Positions 36,491-47,586 of a stretch of DNA of 64,000 nucleotides are shown in pieces. Position numbers and translations under genes: made by a program. Origin of the DNA: an uncultured Gammaproteobacteria bacterium (GTDB lineage Bacteria; Patescibacteriota; Microgenomatia; UBA1406; GWC2-37-13). The notes beneath the pieces are model-generated. The model was not told the origin of the DNA, did not search any database, and was given only the letters and a program-made list of their open reading frames with translations. The DNA is taken from contig CAZLGV010000001.1 in NCBI GenBank assembly GCA_964559705.1, positions 447,322-511,321 on the forward strand, written 5' to 3'. Within the stretch, counting starts at the first letter, position 1; every line of letters starts with the position of its first letter.

Positions 36491-39400
36491 ATTTATTAAA
36501 AAACTTACTGTAATACAGCTCGATTAATTCTTTTGTAACAGGAATTAATCTTCCAATTATAACATTTTCTTTTAAGCCCAACAAGTAATCTACCTGACCT
36601 TTAATTGCTGCACTACTTAGAACACTTGTTGTTTGTTCGAAGGAAGCAGCAGATAACCAAGAGTCGGTATAAATTGCAGCTTTGGTAATTCCCAAGATCG
36701 AGACTTTTCCAACTGCAGGTTTTCCCCCTTGAGCAAGTATTTTTTTATTCTCTTCCTCAAAGCGTATTTTTGAAACAACTTCATCTTTAATAAACGATGT
36801 ATCACCTTCATCTTCGATAATAACTTTTTCACTCATTTTTCTGATGATTACCTCGAAATGCTTATCATGTATCATTATTCCCTGTGACTCATAAACCTGT
36901 TGGATCTCGTCAAGCAGATAGGTTTGGGCACTATGGAGTCCTTTAATTGCAAGCACATCATTTATATCCAGATAACCTTCAGAAAGAGGAGCCCCACGAA
37001 CAATTAAATCCCCATCACCGACTTTCAAATTCTGTGAGATTGGAATAATAAACTCTTGCTCTTGGGGATTGTCTTTATCCGTAGAAGTTACTTTGACAAC
37101 GAAAACCTCTTTAGTTGTGTCTTCTTTAACCGAAACTTTTCCATTAAATTCTGCAATCGGGGAGACGACTTTTGGTGTTCTGGCTTCAAACAATTCCTCG
37201 ACACGAGGTAAACCCTGGGTTACGTCGGAGATAACGATTCCTCCAAAATGCCTTACTCTCATTGTCAATTGTGTTCCCGGTTCTCCAATTGATTGAGCAG
37301 CCATAACACCTATTGGAGTTCCGACTTCGACAACCTCATTGGTTGCAAGATCTATACCGTAGCATTTTTGACACATTCCGTATCTTGATTGACAATAAAG
37401 AGGAGAACGGACAATGACCTTTTTAACATTATTTTTTTGTAAATGACCAATATTTGCTTCATCCAAAAGATCATTTCTTTTCAAAACAGTAGCCTTAGTT
37501 TCAGAAACTAAATCAGCAGCCAAAAACCTTCCTTTCAATCTGTCTATAAATTTAGCCCCTCTCTCCTGCATTAAAGAAATAATCAGTCCATCTTTAGTAT
37601 TGCAGTCTTCTTCCTTAATTATGACGTCATGGGTAACATCAACAAGCCTTCTGGTCAGATATCCAGCATCAGCTGTTTTTAGAGCAGAATCAGTAAGACC
37701 TTTTCTGGCACCTCTGGCGGAGATTACATATTCAAAGATAGATAGTCCTTCTCGATAATTAGATTTAGTTGGAACCTCAATTATTTTTCCCAGAGGATCA
37801 ACAACTAAACCTTTTATTGCAGAAAGCTGTTTAAGCTGTTCTCTAGAAGCTCTGGCACCTCCTGATTTGATGATAATTTTTACAGGATTTTCTTCGTCTA
37901 GAGAACCCCAGGTTTTGTCTGCAAGTTTTTCGGTTGTTTCGATCCATAATTTATTGGAATATCGTCTTTTTTCTTCGAGCGTAAGCAATCCTTGACTATA
38001 ACTTTTATTTACTTTTTCTATCTCTTTCTCGGTTGTGTTTACAATGGTTTGTTTTTCCGGAATAATTTTACAATCGAATACGGAAATGGATTGTCCTGCG
38101 CAGACTGTTGCAGCCCAGAAACCAATCTCTTTTAATTTATCAATAAGTTCTCCTACTTTATAGTCCTCTTCATAAATTTTTGCAGCCTCAACGATGATGG
38201 TTTTTATGTCAGAAGCCTTGACGTCGTTGTTAATAAACCTTAATTTATCCGGAAGTGATTGGTTAAAGATAATTCTTCCCACGCTGGTTTTTACCACTTT
38301 ATCAGCAATTTTTACAAAAATAGGTTGCCGCAGTTCAATCCTGCCTAAGTCATATGAACTTATGGCTTCATTTTCGCCATAAAATACCTTGAGACTCTCA
38401 TCTTCAACTTCATTGAAGCGGTTGTCTACAGTGGTCAGATAATAAATTCCAAGAGCCATTTCTTTATTAGGAAGGACTATTGGAGAACCATCTGCAGGTT
38501 TGAGTAAATTGTGGTAAGAAAGCATTCTTTTTTTAACTTCTTCAATAGAATTATTTGAGAGAGGTAAGAACACACCCATAGCATCACCGTCAAAATCCGC
38601 ATTATATCCTGCACAAACAGTAGGGTGGAGTTTAATAGCATAAGAGTCGGTAAGGACTGGATAAAAGGCAAGTACTGATAATTTGTGTAAAGTAGGAGCA
38701 CGGTTAAGTAATACTGGATGGTCTCTGGTTACTTCCTCAAGAATGTCATAGATAACAGGATCTTTTTGTTCAAGAAAATTTTTGGCGCTTTTAATATTGG
38801 GAGCAAGCCCTCTCAAGATGATCTCTCGAAGCAAGTGAGGTTTGAAGAGCTCGAGAGCCATCTCTTTTGGTATACCACATTGGTCTATTCGTAGTTCAGG
38901 ACCAACAATAATTGTTGATCGGCCGGAATAATCCACTCTTTTTCCAAGAAGGTTTTGTCTAAATCTACCCTGTTTTCCTCTCAAGATGTCAGAAAGCGAC
39001 TTTTGAATTTTCGAAGCTGCTCCTTGGGTTCTTGTTCGCCCCCTTGATTTCTGTAGATCCAAAAGAGAATCGACCGCTTCTTGTAACATCCTTTTTTCGT
39101 TACGCAGAATTATCTCTGGAGCACCAAGATCAATTAATTGTTTTAATCTGTTATTGCGATTGATTACACGACGATAAAAATCATTCAAATCTGAAGTTGC
39201 AAACTTGCCTCCAGGAAGTTGAACAACAGGCCGCAGATCCGGCGGGATTACTGGTAGAACTGTCAAAACTGTCCAGGCAGGAGAAGTTGAACTTTTGATG
39301 AATGATTCGATAACCCTAACCTTTTTGAGAAGCTTATTTCTTCTTTCTCCTTTTGCTTCTGCAAGTTCGTTAAGCGAATCAGCATAAATTTTAGCCAGAT

Positions 39401-40235
39401 CCATTTTAGACATAGATTCAAATACCACTTCTGAACCCATACCAACTCCGATGAAGCTTTCCAAGTCCTGTTCTCGAAGATACAAATAATCATCCTCTTC
39501 TAAAGTATCATGCTCCTTTAGGGATTTGACTATTTTTGTTATTCTGTCAAAAAAAGCTGTAATTTGAGATTTTTTTTCGACATACTTATTAGAAAGTTGT
39601 TTAAATTGTTCTTTTTCCTTCAGTTCAAGTTCTTGAAAAGCCAATTCTTGTTGTTCTTTATGACTTATTTTTTCTTTAAGCTCTTCTTTTTGTTTATCAA
39701 TAGAATCTCGAAGTTCATCTTTTTCTTTTTTGTACTCTTCTTCTTCCTTGTTTAACTGCTTTTTTTTAAGTTCCTCAAGATGAGATATCGCTTTTTTTTG
39801 TTTTTCTTTATCGACGGAGGTAACCAAATACAAAGCGTAATAAATAATTCGCTCCAAAGATTGTGATGGCAATTCTAATAATATATTTATAGGAGCAGAA
39901 GGCCCCTTAAAATACCATATATGAGCAACGGGCGAAGCAAGTTTGATATGTCCCATTCTTTCACGACGAACAGCAGATGTAGTTACTTCAACGCCACAAC
40001 GATCACAAACGATTCCTTTGTATCTGATTCTTTTATATTTTCCACAGTAACATTCATAATCTTTGGTCGGCCCAAAAATTCTTTCATCAAATAAACCATC
40101 CTTTTCTGGTCTGAGAGTTCGGTAATTTATGGTTTCTGGTTTTGTAACCTCTCCTTTTGACCAGGACTGGATGTCTTCAGGAGAAGCAAGTCTGATTTTC
40201 AAGCCACTAAAGTCCAAAATATTTGATTCATCCAT
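36432..40235 (-). CDS. rpoC: DNA-directed RNA polymerase subunit beta'
   Basis: Zn-finger [23 protein letters not shown], catalytic NADFDGD, and trigger-loop regions. Confidence 0.95.
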   Translation of the reverse strand: MDESNILDFSGLKIRLASPEDIQSWSKGEVTKPETINYRTLRPEKDGLFDERIFGPTKDYECYCGKYKRIRYKGIVCDRCGVEVTTSAVRRERMGHIKLASPVAHIWYFKGPSAPINILLELPSQSLERIIYYALYLVTSVDKEKQKKAISHLEELKKKQLNKEEEEYKKEKDELRDSIDKQKEELKEKISHKEQQELAFQELELKEKEQFKQLSNKYVEKKSQITAFFDRITKIVKSLKEHDTLEEDDYLYLREQDLESFIGVGMGSEVVFESMSKMDLAKIYADSLNELAEAKGERRNKLLKKVRVIESFIKSSTSPAWTVLTVLPVIPPDLRPVVQLPGGKFATSDLNDFYRRVINRNNRLKQLIDLGAPEIILRNEKRMLQEAVDSLLDLQKSRGRTRTQGAASKIQKSLSDILRGKQGRFRQNLLGKRVDYSGRSTIIVGPELRIDQCGIPKEMALELFKPHLLREIILRGLAPNIKSAKNFLEQKDPVIYDILEEVTRDHPVLLNRAPTLHKLSVLAFYPVLTDSYAIKLHPTVCAGYNADFDGDAMGVFLPLSNNSIEEVKKRMLSYHNLLKPADGSPIVLPNKEMALGIYYLTTVDNRFNEVEDESLKVFYGENEAISSYDLGRIELRQPIFVKIADKVVKTSVGRIIFNQSLPDKLRFINNDVKASDIKTIIVEAAKIYEEDYKVGELIDKLKEIGFWAATVCAGQSISVFDCKIIPEKQTIVNTTEKEIEKVNKSYSQGLLTLEEKRRYSNKLWIETTEKLADKTWGSLDEENPVKIIIKSGGARASREQLKQLSAIKGLVVDPLGKIIEVPTKSNYREGLSIFEYVISARGARKGLTDSALKTADAGYLTRRLVDVTHDVIIKEEDCNTKDGLIISLMQERGAKFIDRLKGRFLAADLVSETKATVLKRNDLLDEANIGHLQKNNVKKVIVRSPLYCQSRYGMCQKCYGIDLATNEVVEVGTPIGVMAAQSIGEPGTQLTMRVRHFGGIVISDVTQGLPRVEELFEARTPKVVSPIAEFNGKVSVKEDTTKEVFVVKVTSTDKDNPQEQEFIIPISQNLKVGDGDLIVRGAPLSEGYLDINDVLAIKGLHSAQTYLLDEIQQVYESQGIMIHDKHFEVIIRKMSEKVIIEDEGDTSFIKDEVVSKIRFEEENKKILAQGGKPAVGKVSILGITKAAIYTDSWLSAASFEQTTSVLSSAAIKGQVDYLLGLKENVIIGRLIPVTKELIELYYSKFFNKYAHSQPIDKEGEKKETKKI

Positions 40236-40237
40236 AT

Positions 40238-43200
40238 TTATTTTATGTAATCAATTGATAGTCCCAGTGCATTTAATTCTTTCAAGAGGACATGAAAAGA
40301 CTCCGGAACATTTGATTGCGGAATGTCCAAGCCTTTAATTATTGACTCAAAAGCCTTAACTCGTCCTCTCAGGTCATCACTTTTTATGGTCAACATTTCT
40401 TGTAGAGTGTAGGGGACTCTATGTGCTTCAAGAGCCCAAACTTCCATTTCCCCAAATCTCTGTCCTCCCATTTGCGATTTTCCTCCAAGCGGCTGTTGTG
40501 TAACTAATGAGTATGGCCCTACAGATCTAGCATGAAATTTGTCTTCAATCATATGAATTAATTTCATAATATAGCCGACGCCAACCAAAGCTTTTTTCTC
40601 AAAAGGTTTTCCAGTCTGTCCATCATAAATAGTTGTTTTCCCATCCACGGGGAGATCATATTTTTTAAGCTCGTTGATTATAAAATCTTCTCGAATTTTT
40701 TCAAAAACTGGAAAGGATATTGTGGCTCCACTTGCTTGAGCAACTAAACCAATCAGTGTCTCGTAGAGTTGACCAAGATTCATACGAGAAAGTATTGAAA
40801 GGGGAGAGAGAATAATATCAACCGGAGTACCGTCTTCAAGATAGGGCATATCCCATTCTGGTAAAATTCTGGAAATAACACCTTTGTTTCCGTGTCTACC
40901 AGCTAATTTATCACCAACAGATATTTTTCTAAGTTGAGCCATGGTAACTAGCATTCTTTTTATTACACTTGGTTCGAGTTCATTTGGATCTTTTTTTGCA
41001 TCTATAGTCTGAACATCAACAACAACCCCTCTTTTGCCATAGGGTATACGAAGCGATGTATCCTTGACGTCTTTTGCTTTTTCTCCAAAAATTGCCCTGA
41101 GCAATCTTTCCTCTGCAGAGAGTTCTTTTTCCCCTTTTGGAGCTACTTTACCAACCAAGATATCTCCTCCTTTTACTTCAGTTCCCAAAACCACCAAACC
41201 ATCCTTGTCTAGATTTTGCAAAACCTCTTCACGGACATTTGGAATATCTCTGGTTAACTCTTCAGGACCCAACTTTGTATCAACAAGATCGGCAACAAAT
41301 TCTTCGCTGGAAATTGATGTCAGCACGTCTTCCTTAACCAACCTTTCTGATATTACGAAGCCGTCTTCATAACCAAGACCATTTAATGAAGTATAGGCAA
41401 TAACCAAATTTTGTCCCAAAGCCAACTTCCCATTGTCTGTTGCCGGTCCGTCAATGATAATATCTCCTTTTTTAACTTTTTGTCCAGGCTCTACTCTTGG
41501 TCTTTGATCAAAAACGACATCTTTGTTTGTCTTGGTGAATCTTTCAAGAGGGTATTGATATTTCTTACCGCTTTTTCCTTTTATTACAATTCTTTCGCTA
41601 TCAACATAATCAACCGTTCCATCTTCCTGGGCAAAGGAAGTTCTTTTTAAAGCAGAGGAAACTTTTTTTTCCATTCCGGTTCCAACCAGAGGTGCGTGTG
41701 GTTTGACCAGAGGAACTGCTTGACATTGCATGTGTGTGCCCATTAAAGCACGACTGGCATCGTTATTTTGCAAGAAGGGTATCAATGAAGCTGATGCTCC
41801 TACTATCTGTCGGGGAGAAATATCAATAAAATCTAATTTTTCTGCTGGAATCTCAACAATCTCTCCCTGATAACGAGCAACAATATTTTTATCAATAATA
41901 ATGTTGTTATTAGTATTGACTGTGTCGGCAGTAATATAATAATTTTCTTCATCATCAGCCTGTAAATAAACTATGTCATTTGTGATCTTGGCTACGGTCT
42001 TGCCTCCACTTTTGGTCTTTTCTATTTTTCTATAAGAAGTTTCTAAAAAACCGTATTTATTAACAGCGCCATAGAGAGCCATATAAGTTACAACTCCAAT
42101 GTTTGGTCCCTCTGGAGAACGAATAGGGCAAATTCTTCCGTACTGCGAGGATGATATATCGCGGATTGAAAAAGAAGCCCTCTCTTTTTCTATACCTCCC
42201 GGGCCACCCACGGTTATTCTTCTTAAATTATCAAGTTCCGATAGGGGATTTGTTTGATCGACGATTGTTGATAATTGACTAGTTCTAAAAAATGAATTTA
42301 GAGCAACAGTTAAAGGTTTGGAATTTACTATTTGTGACGGGTTAACCGAGGTATCACTGGTAATCAAGCTCATTCTTTCTTTTATTTCCCTCTCGGCCCG
42401 TACCATACCTACTCTTATGCCATACATGCCGACAAGTTCACCGACGGTTCTAAGTCTTCTATTGCCAAGATGGTCTATATCATCAAAGTTGCCTCTTCCA
42501 ACAGTAATGTTTATTAGGTACTTGAGCGTCGCTATAATATCAGTTTTGTTTAAAAGATAGTTATCTTTTTTAATTTCAAAATCCAATTTAAGTTTTTTAT
42601 TAAGCTTGTACCTTCCCACGTCTCCCATTGAATAACGTCTGGGATTAAAGAATAAATTATTGATTGTTTCATAAGCGTTGTCGAGAATAAGAGGCTCTCC
42701 CGGCTTTACTTTTCTATAGATTTCCAAGACTGCGTCATCTTTAGTCTGTGTTTGGTCTTTGTTCAGAGTGGGAAGTATAAATTTTTCAACCAAGCTTTGA
42801 TCGCTATCTTTGAAATATTGTAAAATTTGATTCTTATTATCTCCGTCAAACGCCTTGATTAAGACGCTGCCTAAAAATTTTCTTTTTTTGTTTACTTTAA
42901 CCTCGATCAGATTATTTTTACTAATCGTTATATCTAGCCAAGCTCCAATGTAAGGTCTTATTTCCGCGTTATATAAAGTAAGGCCGGTTGTTTTATCAAT
43001 TTCAGCGGTAAAATAAACTCCAGGTGATCGGACTAATTGGTTTATTACAACGCGTTCAATACCGTTTATAATAAAAGTTCCTCTGGCTGTCATTTTGGGC
43101 AGATTGAAGAAATAAACATCTTGTTTTCTTTCTCCACCGGTTTTTTTATTTAAAAGTCGCAGCCGCAGATAAATTGGAGTATCGTAGGTCAGCTTCTTTT

Positions 43201-43492
43201 GCAAGCATAGTTCAAGTGGATAACGAGGTTCTCCAAAAAATAATCCATCAAAATGAAGTACAAATTTTTTACCAGTATAGTCTTCAATCGGAAAGAATTC
43301 ATTCAATATTTCTTTTAGGGAATTTTCTACGAAGTTATTCCAAGATTCTTTCTGGACTTCAATCAAATCAAGGGCTTCTAATTTTGGTTCTTTTTTTCCA
43401 ACTGTAATTTCTTTTTGTGGATTCTCGTTATTAAGTTTTTGCTGTTTTCTTTTGCTGACAGATTTACGCATCTGGTGTTTTTGAGGTAACAA
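40238..43492 (-). CDS. rpoB: DNA-directed RNA polymerase subunit beta
   Basis: Conserved beta blocks (GRHGNKGV, GGQRFGEMEVWALE). TTG start preceded by GGGAG-N6, one of the few SD-like sites I saw. Confidence 0.95.
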   Translation of the reverse strand: MLPQKHQMRKSVSKRKQQKLNNENPQKEITVGKKEPKLEALDLIEVQKESWNNFVENSLKEILNEFFPIEDYTGKKFVLHFDGLFFGEPRYPLELCLQKKLTYDTPIYLRLRLLNKKTGGERKQDVYFFNLPKMTARGTFIINGIERVVINQLVRSPGVYFTAEIDKTTGLTLYNAEIRPYIGAWLDITISKNNLIEVKVNKKRKFLGSVLIKAFDGDNKNQILQYFKDSDQSLVEKFILPTLNKDQTQTKDDAVLEIYRKVKPGEPLILDNAYETINNLFFNPRRYSMGDVGRYKLNKKLKLDFEIKKDNYLLNKTDIIATLKYLINITVGRGNFDDIDHLGNRRLRTVGELVGMYGIRVGMVRAEREIKERMSLITSDTSVNPSQIVNSKPLTVALNSFFRTSQLSTIVDQTNPLSELDNLRRITVGGPGGIEKERASFSIRDISSSQYGRICPIRSPEGPNIGVVTYMALYGAVNKYGFLETSYRKIEKTKSGGKTVAKITNDIVYLQADDEENYYITADTVNTNNNIIIDKNIVARYQGEIVEIPAEKLDFIDISPRQIVGASASLIPFLQNNDASRALMGTHMQCQAVPLVKPHAPLVGTGMEKKVSSALKRTSFAQEDGTVDYVDSERIVIKGKSGKKYQYPLERFTKTNKDVVFDQRPRVEPGQKVKKGDIIIDGPATDNGKLALGQNLVIAYTSLNGLGYEDGFVISERLVKEDVLTSISSEEFVADLVDTKLGPEELTRDIPNVREEVLQNLDKDGLVVLGTEVKGGDILVGKVAPKGEKELSAEERLLRAIFGEKAKDVKDTSLRIPYGKRGVVVDVQTIDAKKDPNELEPSVIKRMLVTMAQLRKISVGDKLAGRHGNKGVISRILPEWDMPYLEDGTPVDIILSPLSILSRMNLGQLYETLIGLVAQASGATISFPVFEKIREDFIINELKKYDLPVDGKTTIYDGQTGKPFEKKALVGVGYIMKLIHMIEDKFHARSVGPYSLVTQQPLGGKSQMGGQRFGEMEVWALEAHRVPYTLQEMLTIKSDDLRGRVKAFESIIKGLDIPQSNVPESFHVLLKELNALGLSIDYIK

Positions 43493-43571
43493 AAAATACT
43501 CCCAAGGTCCAAAGGGATAGAAATAAAACTCATATAATATACATTAAAAAGATCTTTAAGTCAAGCGTAGT

Positions 43572-43868
43572 TTAAGAAGTATTTTTTGCCAATGACTTTA
43601 CTTTTTCTATAACATTATGAAGAGTATTGGAAACCTCGCTACTTTCTTCAGGAAGAACATTAGACTCAAGCTCTTTAGAAAAATCAGCAATATAATCATC
43701 AATATTCTCGGCTATATCAATAAACTTTTTTAGATAGACTCTGCCCTTCTTAGTCCCAAGGAAAAAAGAGGCTACAACCGACAAAGTTATGCCCATACTG
43801 AAGCCGAACCAGAAGTTGGTTATTCTATGCTGATTTGTGTTTTCCATTTTTTCTATGAGTGATTGCAT
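43572..43868 (-). CDS. Small membrane-anchored protein, YtxH-like
   Basis: One N-terminal TM followed by an amphipathic helix. The start is uncertain because of the overlap with the upstream ORF. Confidence 0.4.
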   Translation of the reverse strand: MQSLIEKMENTNQHRITNFWFGFSMGITLSVVASFFLGTKKGRVYLKKFIDIAENIDDYIADFSKELESNVLPEESSEVSNTLHNVIEKVKSLAKNTS

Positions 43869-44094
43869 CTATAATCTTGAGGATGCTCTTAAAACCTGAT
43901 AAAAATCCAACAATTTCATTATAACTGTGTTCAATTCCCCCCCCCATTTTTTCAAATCCTTCAACTATATTGTTTACCTTTTTTAAGGCAGTCCGAAGTT
44001 CTCGCAAGACAAAAATAAGTTGTATTCCAACCACTATGAGGAAAACAGTAGTCACAATCAGGGTTGCGCTTAATAATAATTGAGTCGTATCCAT
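43825..44094 (-). CDS. Small membrane-anchored protein, DUF948-like
   Basis: N-terminal TM (LLLSATLIVTTVFLIVVGIQLIFVL), then a helical region. Confidence 0.4.
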   Translation of the reverse strand: MDTTQLLLSATLIVTTVFLIVVGIQLIFVLRELRTALKKVNNIVEGFEKMGGGIEHSYNEIVGFLSGFKSILKIIDAITHRKNGKHKSA

Positions 44095-44101
44095 ATATTA
44101 A

Positions 44102-44839
44102 TTATAATTCACCCGCTTTTACTTTTTCGGCGACCAGGTTGTTTGCACGCAGAAGCTCGTCGGCGGAATTACCTGCATCAATCCACCAATTCAGCATCTG
44201 ACACTCAAGCGTTCCCTCCTGAAGATAAAAGTTATTAAGATCTGTTACTTCAAGTTCGCCGCGTGCTGAAGGCTTAAGTTTTCGAATAAAATCAAAAACT
44301 CTATTATCATACATATAAATACCAGTTTGGGCGATATCAGACTTCGGGTGTTCAGGCTTTTCTTCAATCGATAAGACTTTGCCGTCTTTATCCATCTCTA
44401 TAACTCCATAAAAGCGTGATTCAGTTGCCATTCGGAGACCAAAGACTATCGCTCCTTTTGCCTTTTTTTTAAATTGTTCTACAACTGGTTTTAGATTGAA
44501 ACCAAAAATATTATCTCCTAATATAACCAGTAGATTTTCTCCACGAGCAAATTCTTCAGCCAAGCCTATGGCGTGAGAAATTCCTGCCTGTGGGTTTTGC
44601 TGAACTGAATAATAAAGTTTTAAACCAAAATCTTCTCCTGCTTTCAACAAATTTGCAAATTGTCCAGCATGATCTGGAGAGCTGGAAATCAACACTTCTT
44701 TGATTCCAGCTTTTACCATGGAGTTTAGCGGATAATAGATCATTGGTTTATCGTAGACGGGCAAAAGATGCTTGTTCGTTACCCAGGTTAAAGGACGAAG
44801 TCGGGTACCCAATCCACCAGCTAAAATAAGTCCTTTCAT
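44102..44839 (-). CDS. Sugar-phosphate nucleotidyltransferase (glucose-1-phosphate thymidylyl/uridylyltransferase-like)
   Basis: MKGLILAGGLGTRLRPLT signature; short 245-aa form. Confidence 0.8.
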   Translation of the reverse strand: MKGLILAGGLGTRLRPLTWVTNKHLLPVYDKPMIYYPLNSMVKAGIKEVLISSSPDHAGQFANLLKAGEDFGLKLYYSVQQNPQAGISHAIGLAEEFARGENLLVILGDNIFGFNLKPVVEQFKKKAKGAIVFGLRMATESRFYGVIEMDKDGKVLSIEEKPEHPKSDIAQTGIYMYDNRVFDFIRKLKPSARGELEVTDLNNFYLQEGTLECQMLNWWIDAGNSADELLRANNLVAEKVKAGEL

Positions 44840-44843
44840 ATCT

Positions 44844-45104
44844 TCAGAGCGAAAAAATAAAAATCAGTAATAAAATAATCGTAAAGCCGATGAAAATATA
44901 TTCTATCACACTCTTCAGACGAAGAGTTTTTTCTCTAATATGATAGTATATACCCCAAAGAATATAAAAAGAAACAAAGAGTAGAATAACTGTAAAACTT
45001 TTGAGCCTTTCTCCTTGAAACATCTGAAGAAAAAGTAGGAAAAAAATACTGCTAGTTAAAAGAATTAGATAGTCCAAAATATTTTTTTTCAAATAGTTTT
45101 TCAT
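44844..45104 (-). CDS. Small three-TM membrane protein
   Basis: Hydrophobic 86-aa ORF with a 4-nt overlap to the upstream gene. Confidence 0.35.
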   Translation of the reverse strand: MKNYLKKNILDYLILLTSSIFFLLFLQMFQGERLKSFTVILLFVSFYILWGIYYHIREKTLRLKSVIEYIFIGFTIILLLIFIFSL

Positions 45105-45970
45105 AAGATTGCTCCTTTAGAGAAAAATAACCAAAGACCTAAGAAAATCGAGGCAAGAAATATTAAATGAGCAATATTTTTTCCATGAAAGTGTAATATG
45201 TTTAATTTTGTAGCAAAATAAAAATCAACAACTAGAGCAATCAAAAGAAAGACAATAAACAGATAGGTAAAATCAAAAGAAATTTTGGTAAGATTGACCT
45301 GTGGTTTTTGCTCTGCTTGGTTTGATAGAACATTCTCTGCTGCTGTGACAGTTTTGACCGGAGGTTGTTTTTCTTCAGCCTGAGCTGTTATTTGTGTGCT
45401 TGATGGTTTACCAAACATCTGAACAACTAGGGTAGTTTCTTCCCCATTCAAAACACCATTGACCACAGCGAACCCAACATCTGTAAACTCACTCCGCAAT
45501 ATATTTTCTCTGTGCGTTTGTGAATCCATCCAAGCATCAACAACATTATCGGAAAATAAAAAATTTTTTGCTAGGTTCTCACCTGCATATTCATATCGGT
45601 AACCCGAGGATAATATAAAAGCCCAAGGACTATTGCCATCGGGAGAAAAATGCGCCCAATAGTTTTTGCCAAACATGTCTTGAGCCTTAGCGTAGGCCGC
45701 TAAAGCAAGCTCATCGCTGTAAGAAAAGGCAGACAGGTTATTTTTGAGGCGCTGTTTATTTGTCAGTTCGTATAGTTTGTTGGCAGTAATATCTGTTGCG
45801 AAGCCTAAAATATTTGTTAATTGGGGGCTGAAATTCCTAATTACAAAAACGAAAAGAAAAGCCAGAAGAAGATAAAAGGTCAGAAAATCATTATGCAGCA
45901 CCTTGGCCCTTAAATTATTTTTTTCGCTCGGGATGAAAAGATAGTGAAAAAAATCTCTTAATATATGCAT
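45101..45970 (-). CDS. CAP/SCP (YkwD-like) domain protein with flanking TM segments
   Basis: AQDMFGKNYWAHFSPDG...YAGENLA...W..S..HRENIL pattern. Confidence 0.65.
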   Translation of the reverse strand: MHILRDFFHYLFIPSEKNNLRAKVLHNDFLTFYLLLAFLFVFVIRNFSPQLTNILGFATDITANKLYELTNKQRLKNNLSAFSYSDELALAAYAKAQDMFGKNYWAHFSPDGNSPWAFILSSGYRYEYAGENLAKNFLFSDNVVDAWMDSQTHRENILRSEFTDVGFAVVNGVLNGEETTLVVQMFGKPSSTQITAQAEEKQPPVKTVTAAENVLSNQAEQKPQVNLTKISFDFTYLFIVFLLIALVVDFYFATKLNILHFHGKNIAHLIFLASIFLGLWLFFSKGAIL

Positions 45971-46283
45971 ACATTAAGAATACACCAAAAGAATCAATAA
46001 TAACATCTCGCAGTTTGCCTTCTCTGGTTGGGACAAAGGTTTGATGGACTTCATCCAGGATTGCATATAAAATCGCAAAGATTACTGAAAAAAGGGGATT
46101 TTTTGAAGCCCGAAACAAAAGGAAATATAAAATTGCATATTCGGCGACATGGAGAGTTTTAAAGAATAAAAAATTAATAATATCTTTTTCAGAAACTTCT
46201 ACCCGTTGGAGGGAGGAGAAATAAAAAATAATCCCCATCCAGACGAGAGGCGGTAACCAGCGGGATAAAAATTTTTTAAACAC
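45915..46283 (-). CDS. VanZ-like family membrane protein
   Basis: HVAEYAILYFLL and DEVHQTFVPTREGKLRDVIIDSFG. Confidence 0.65.
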   Translation of the reverse strand: MFKKFLSRWLPPLVWMGIIFYFSSLQRVEVSEKDIINFLFFKTLHVAEYAILYFLLFRASKNPLFSVIFAILYAILDEVHQTFVPTREGKLRDVIIDSFGVFLMYAYIKRFFSLSFHPERKK

Positions 46284-47490
46284 TAAATTTCATTTTAAGC
46301 AATATTGAAAGGAGAGTCAAAATAGAGTAGGAGAAGGAGACAAAGGAGAAGGCTCTACTTAAATTGTTAGATTGCTGCATGGTTGCATGGTTATTATTAA
46401 GGGACGTTCCTAAGACTTCACCTTGTTGGTTAGTGGTTGTTCCATTTATTAAAGTTGTCGGCTGGTTAGTAATTGAAGTCACCGAAGCGGTATTTCTTAC
46501 AGTTGAGGTAGGAGTTGCTGCTTGGCCTAATTCCACCGAGTCGGTGGAATTGGTATCGAGGCAGGGGAAATTACTAAAGCCTTTTGATGGTTCTTGTAGG
46601 CAAACACTATCATCTTCAAAGTCTATTCTTCCCAATGACTTTCCCTTTTCTGATGTTTCATATTCGAAACCATCTTTATCTAATTTATTAAAATCCAATA
46701 GACGCACAGAATCCCCATCGTTATTAAAGATAGAAGAACTGAGTTCAAAGACAGAATAACTTTTGGCAGGAATCACCATAGAAAAAACCTTTACTGGTGA
46801 GCCGGAATTTTCAAGATCATCAATGTACCAATTGTCTAAAGTCACCTGAAAATTATTATCGTTGTAGATTTCTAGCCATTCTTTTTCTCCCGAGTTGGGG
46901 TCTGCCATGACTTCCGAGATATAAACATTGTCATATGAGATTTGTTGTTGTACGATGGACGTTGGTGCTTGAGTTGAAGCCAAAGTTGGAATGAGTGTTG
47001 GGCTAGAGGTAGGTAGAATTAGACAAGAATTGCCGGTTAGATTAAAAAGGTTAAGTGATGCAGGAGCCGTGGCCCAAATAGGGAGACCATCCGGTATTCG
47101 CTGAAAGGTTATTGCCGATCCGGAACTTGCTTTATAGGAAAAAGAATCCAGGAGAATGGCGGAAGATGAAGAGGGTGGAGCAGTGCTGTCAAAAAGTCTT
47201 ATCGTGTCTGAAGATGTTTTATTTAAATTGAAATCCGAGGTAAAAGAGAGACAAGAGGAGGGATAAATAATATTTCCTTGGGGAATTGTAAAATAAGTTG
47301 CTCCGCCAGAATCGTCAATATACCAGCTCGAGATATCAACTGAGTCAGTTCCTTTATTAAATAGTTCTACGACTTGAGGAGTCGGCTCAATCTGAAATTC
47401 ATTGATGACAACATTTGCGTAAGAGTAGGAAACGTAGAACATGGAACATAGAACAAAAATAAAAAATAAACTGGATTTAAATTTAAACAT
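46276..47490 (-). CDS. Secreted protein with two lamin-tail domains (LTD) and a C-terminal TM anchor
   Basis: VVINEFQIEP...VELFNKG...ISSWYIDD and VYISEVMADP...WLEIYN...LDNWYIDD. Also a signal peptide and a Thr/Ser-rich stalk. Confidence 0.65.
   Translation of the reverse strand: MFKFKSSLFFIFVLCSMFYVSYSYANVVINEFQIEPTPQVVELFNKGTDSVDISSWYIDDSGGATYFTIPQGNIIYPSSCLSFTSDFNLNKTSSDTIRLFDSTAPPSSSSAILLDSFSYKASSGSAITFQRIPDGLPIWATAPASLNLFNLTGNSCLILPTSSPTLIPTLASTQAPTSIVQQQISYDNVYISEVMADPNSGEKEWLEIYNDNNFQVTLDNWYIDDLENSGSPVKVFSMVIPAKSYSVFELSSSIFNNDGDSVRLLDFNKLDKDGFEYETSEKGKSLGRIDFEDDSVCLQEPSKGFSNFPCLDTNSTDSVELGQAATPTSTVRNTASVTSITNQPTTLINGTTTNQQGEVLGTSLNNNHATMQQSNNLSRAFSFVSFSYSILTLLSILLKMKFSV
47427..47454. 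repeat. Array of four heptamers NNNGAAC (plus strand), in codons 13-21 of the LTD gene
   Basis: AGGAAAC GTAGAAC ATGGAAC ATAGAAC, which is inverted relative to the array at 47491-47518. Confidence 0.7.
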
Positions 47491-47518
47491 GTTACACGTT
47501 CCAAGTTACATGTTTCAC
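47491..47518. repeat. Array of four heptamers GTTNCAN immediately upstream of the LTD gene start
   Basis: GTTACAC GTTCCAA GTTACAT GTTTCAC. A related ATTACAA GTTCCAA GTTATTG lies at 50773-50793. Confidence 0.7.
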
Positions 47519-47586
47519 GACGATTGTCAATGGACTATATGCTACAAAAGAGGCTATTTAGAGGTTATTTAATAGTAGTAGCAGCA

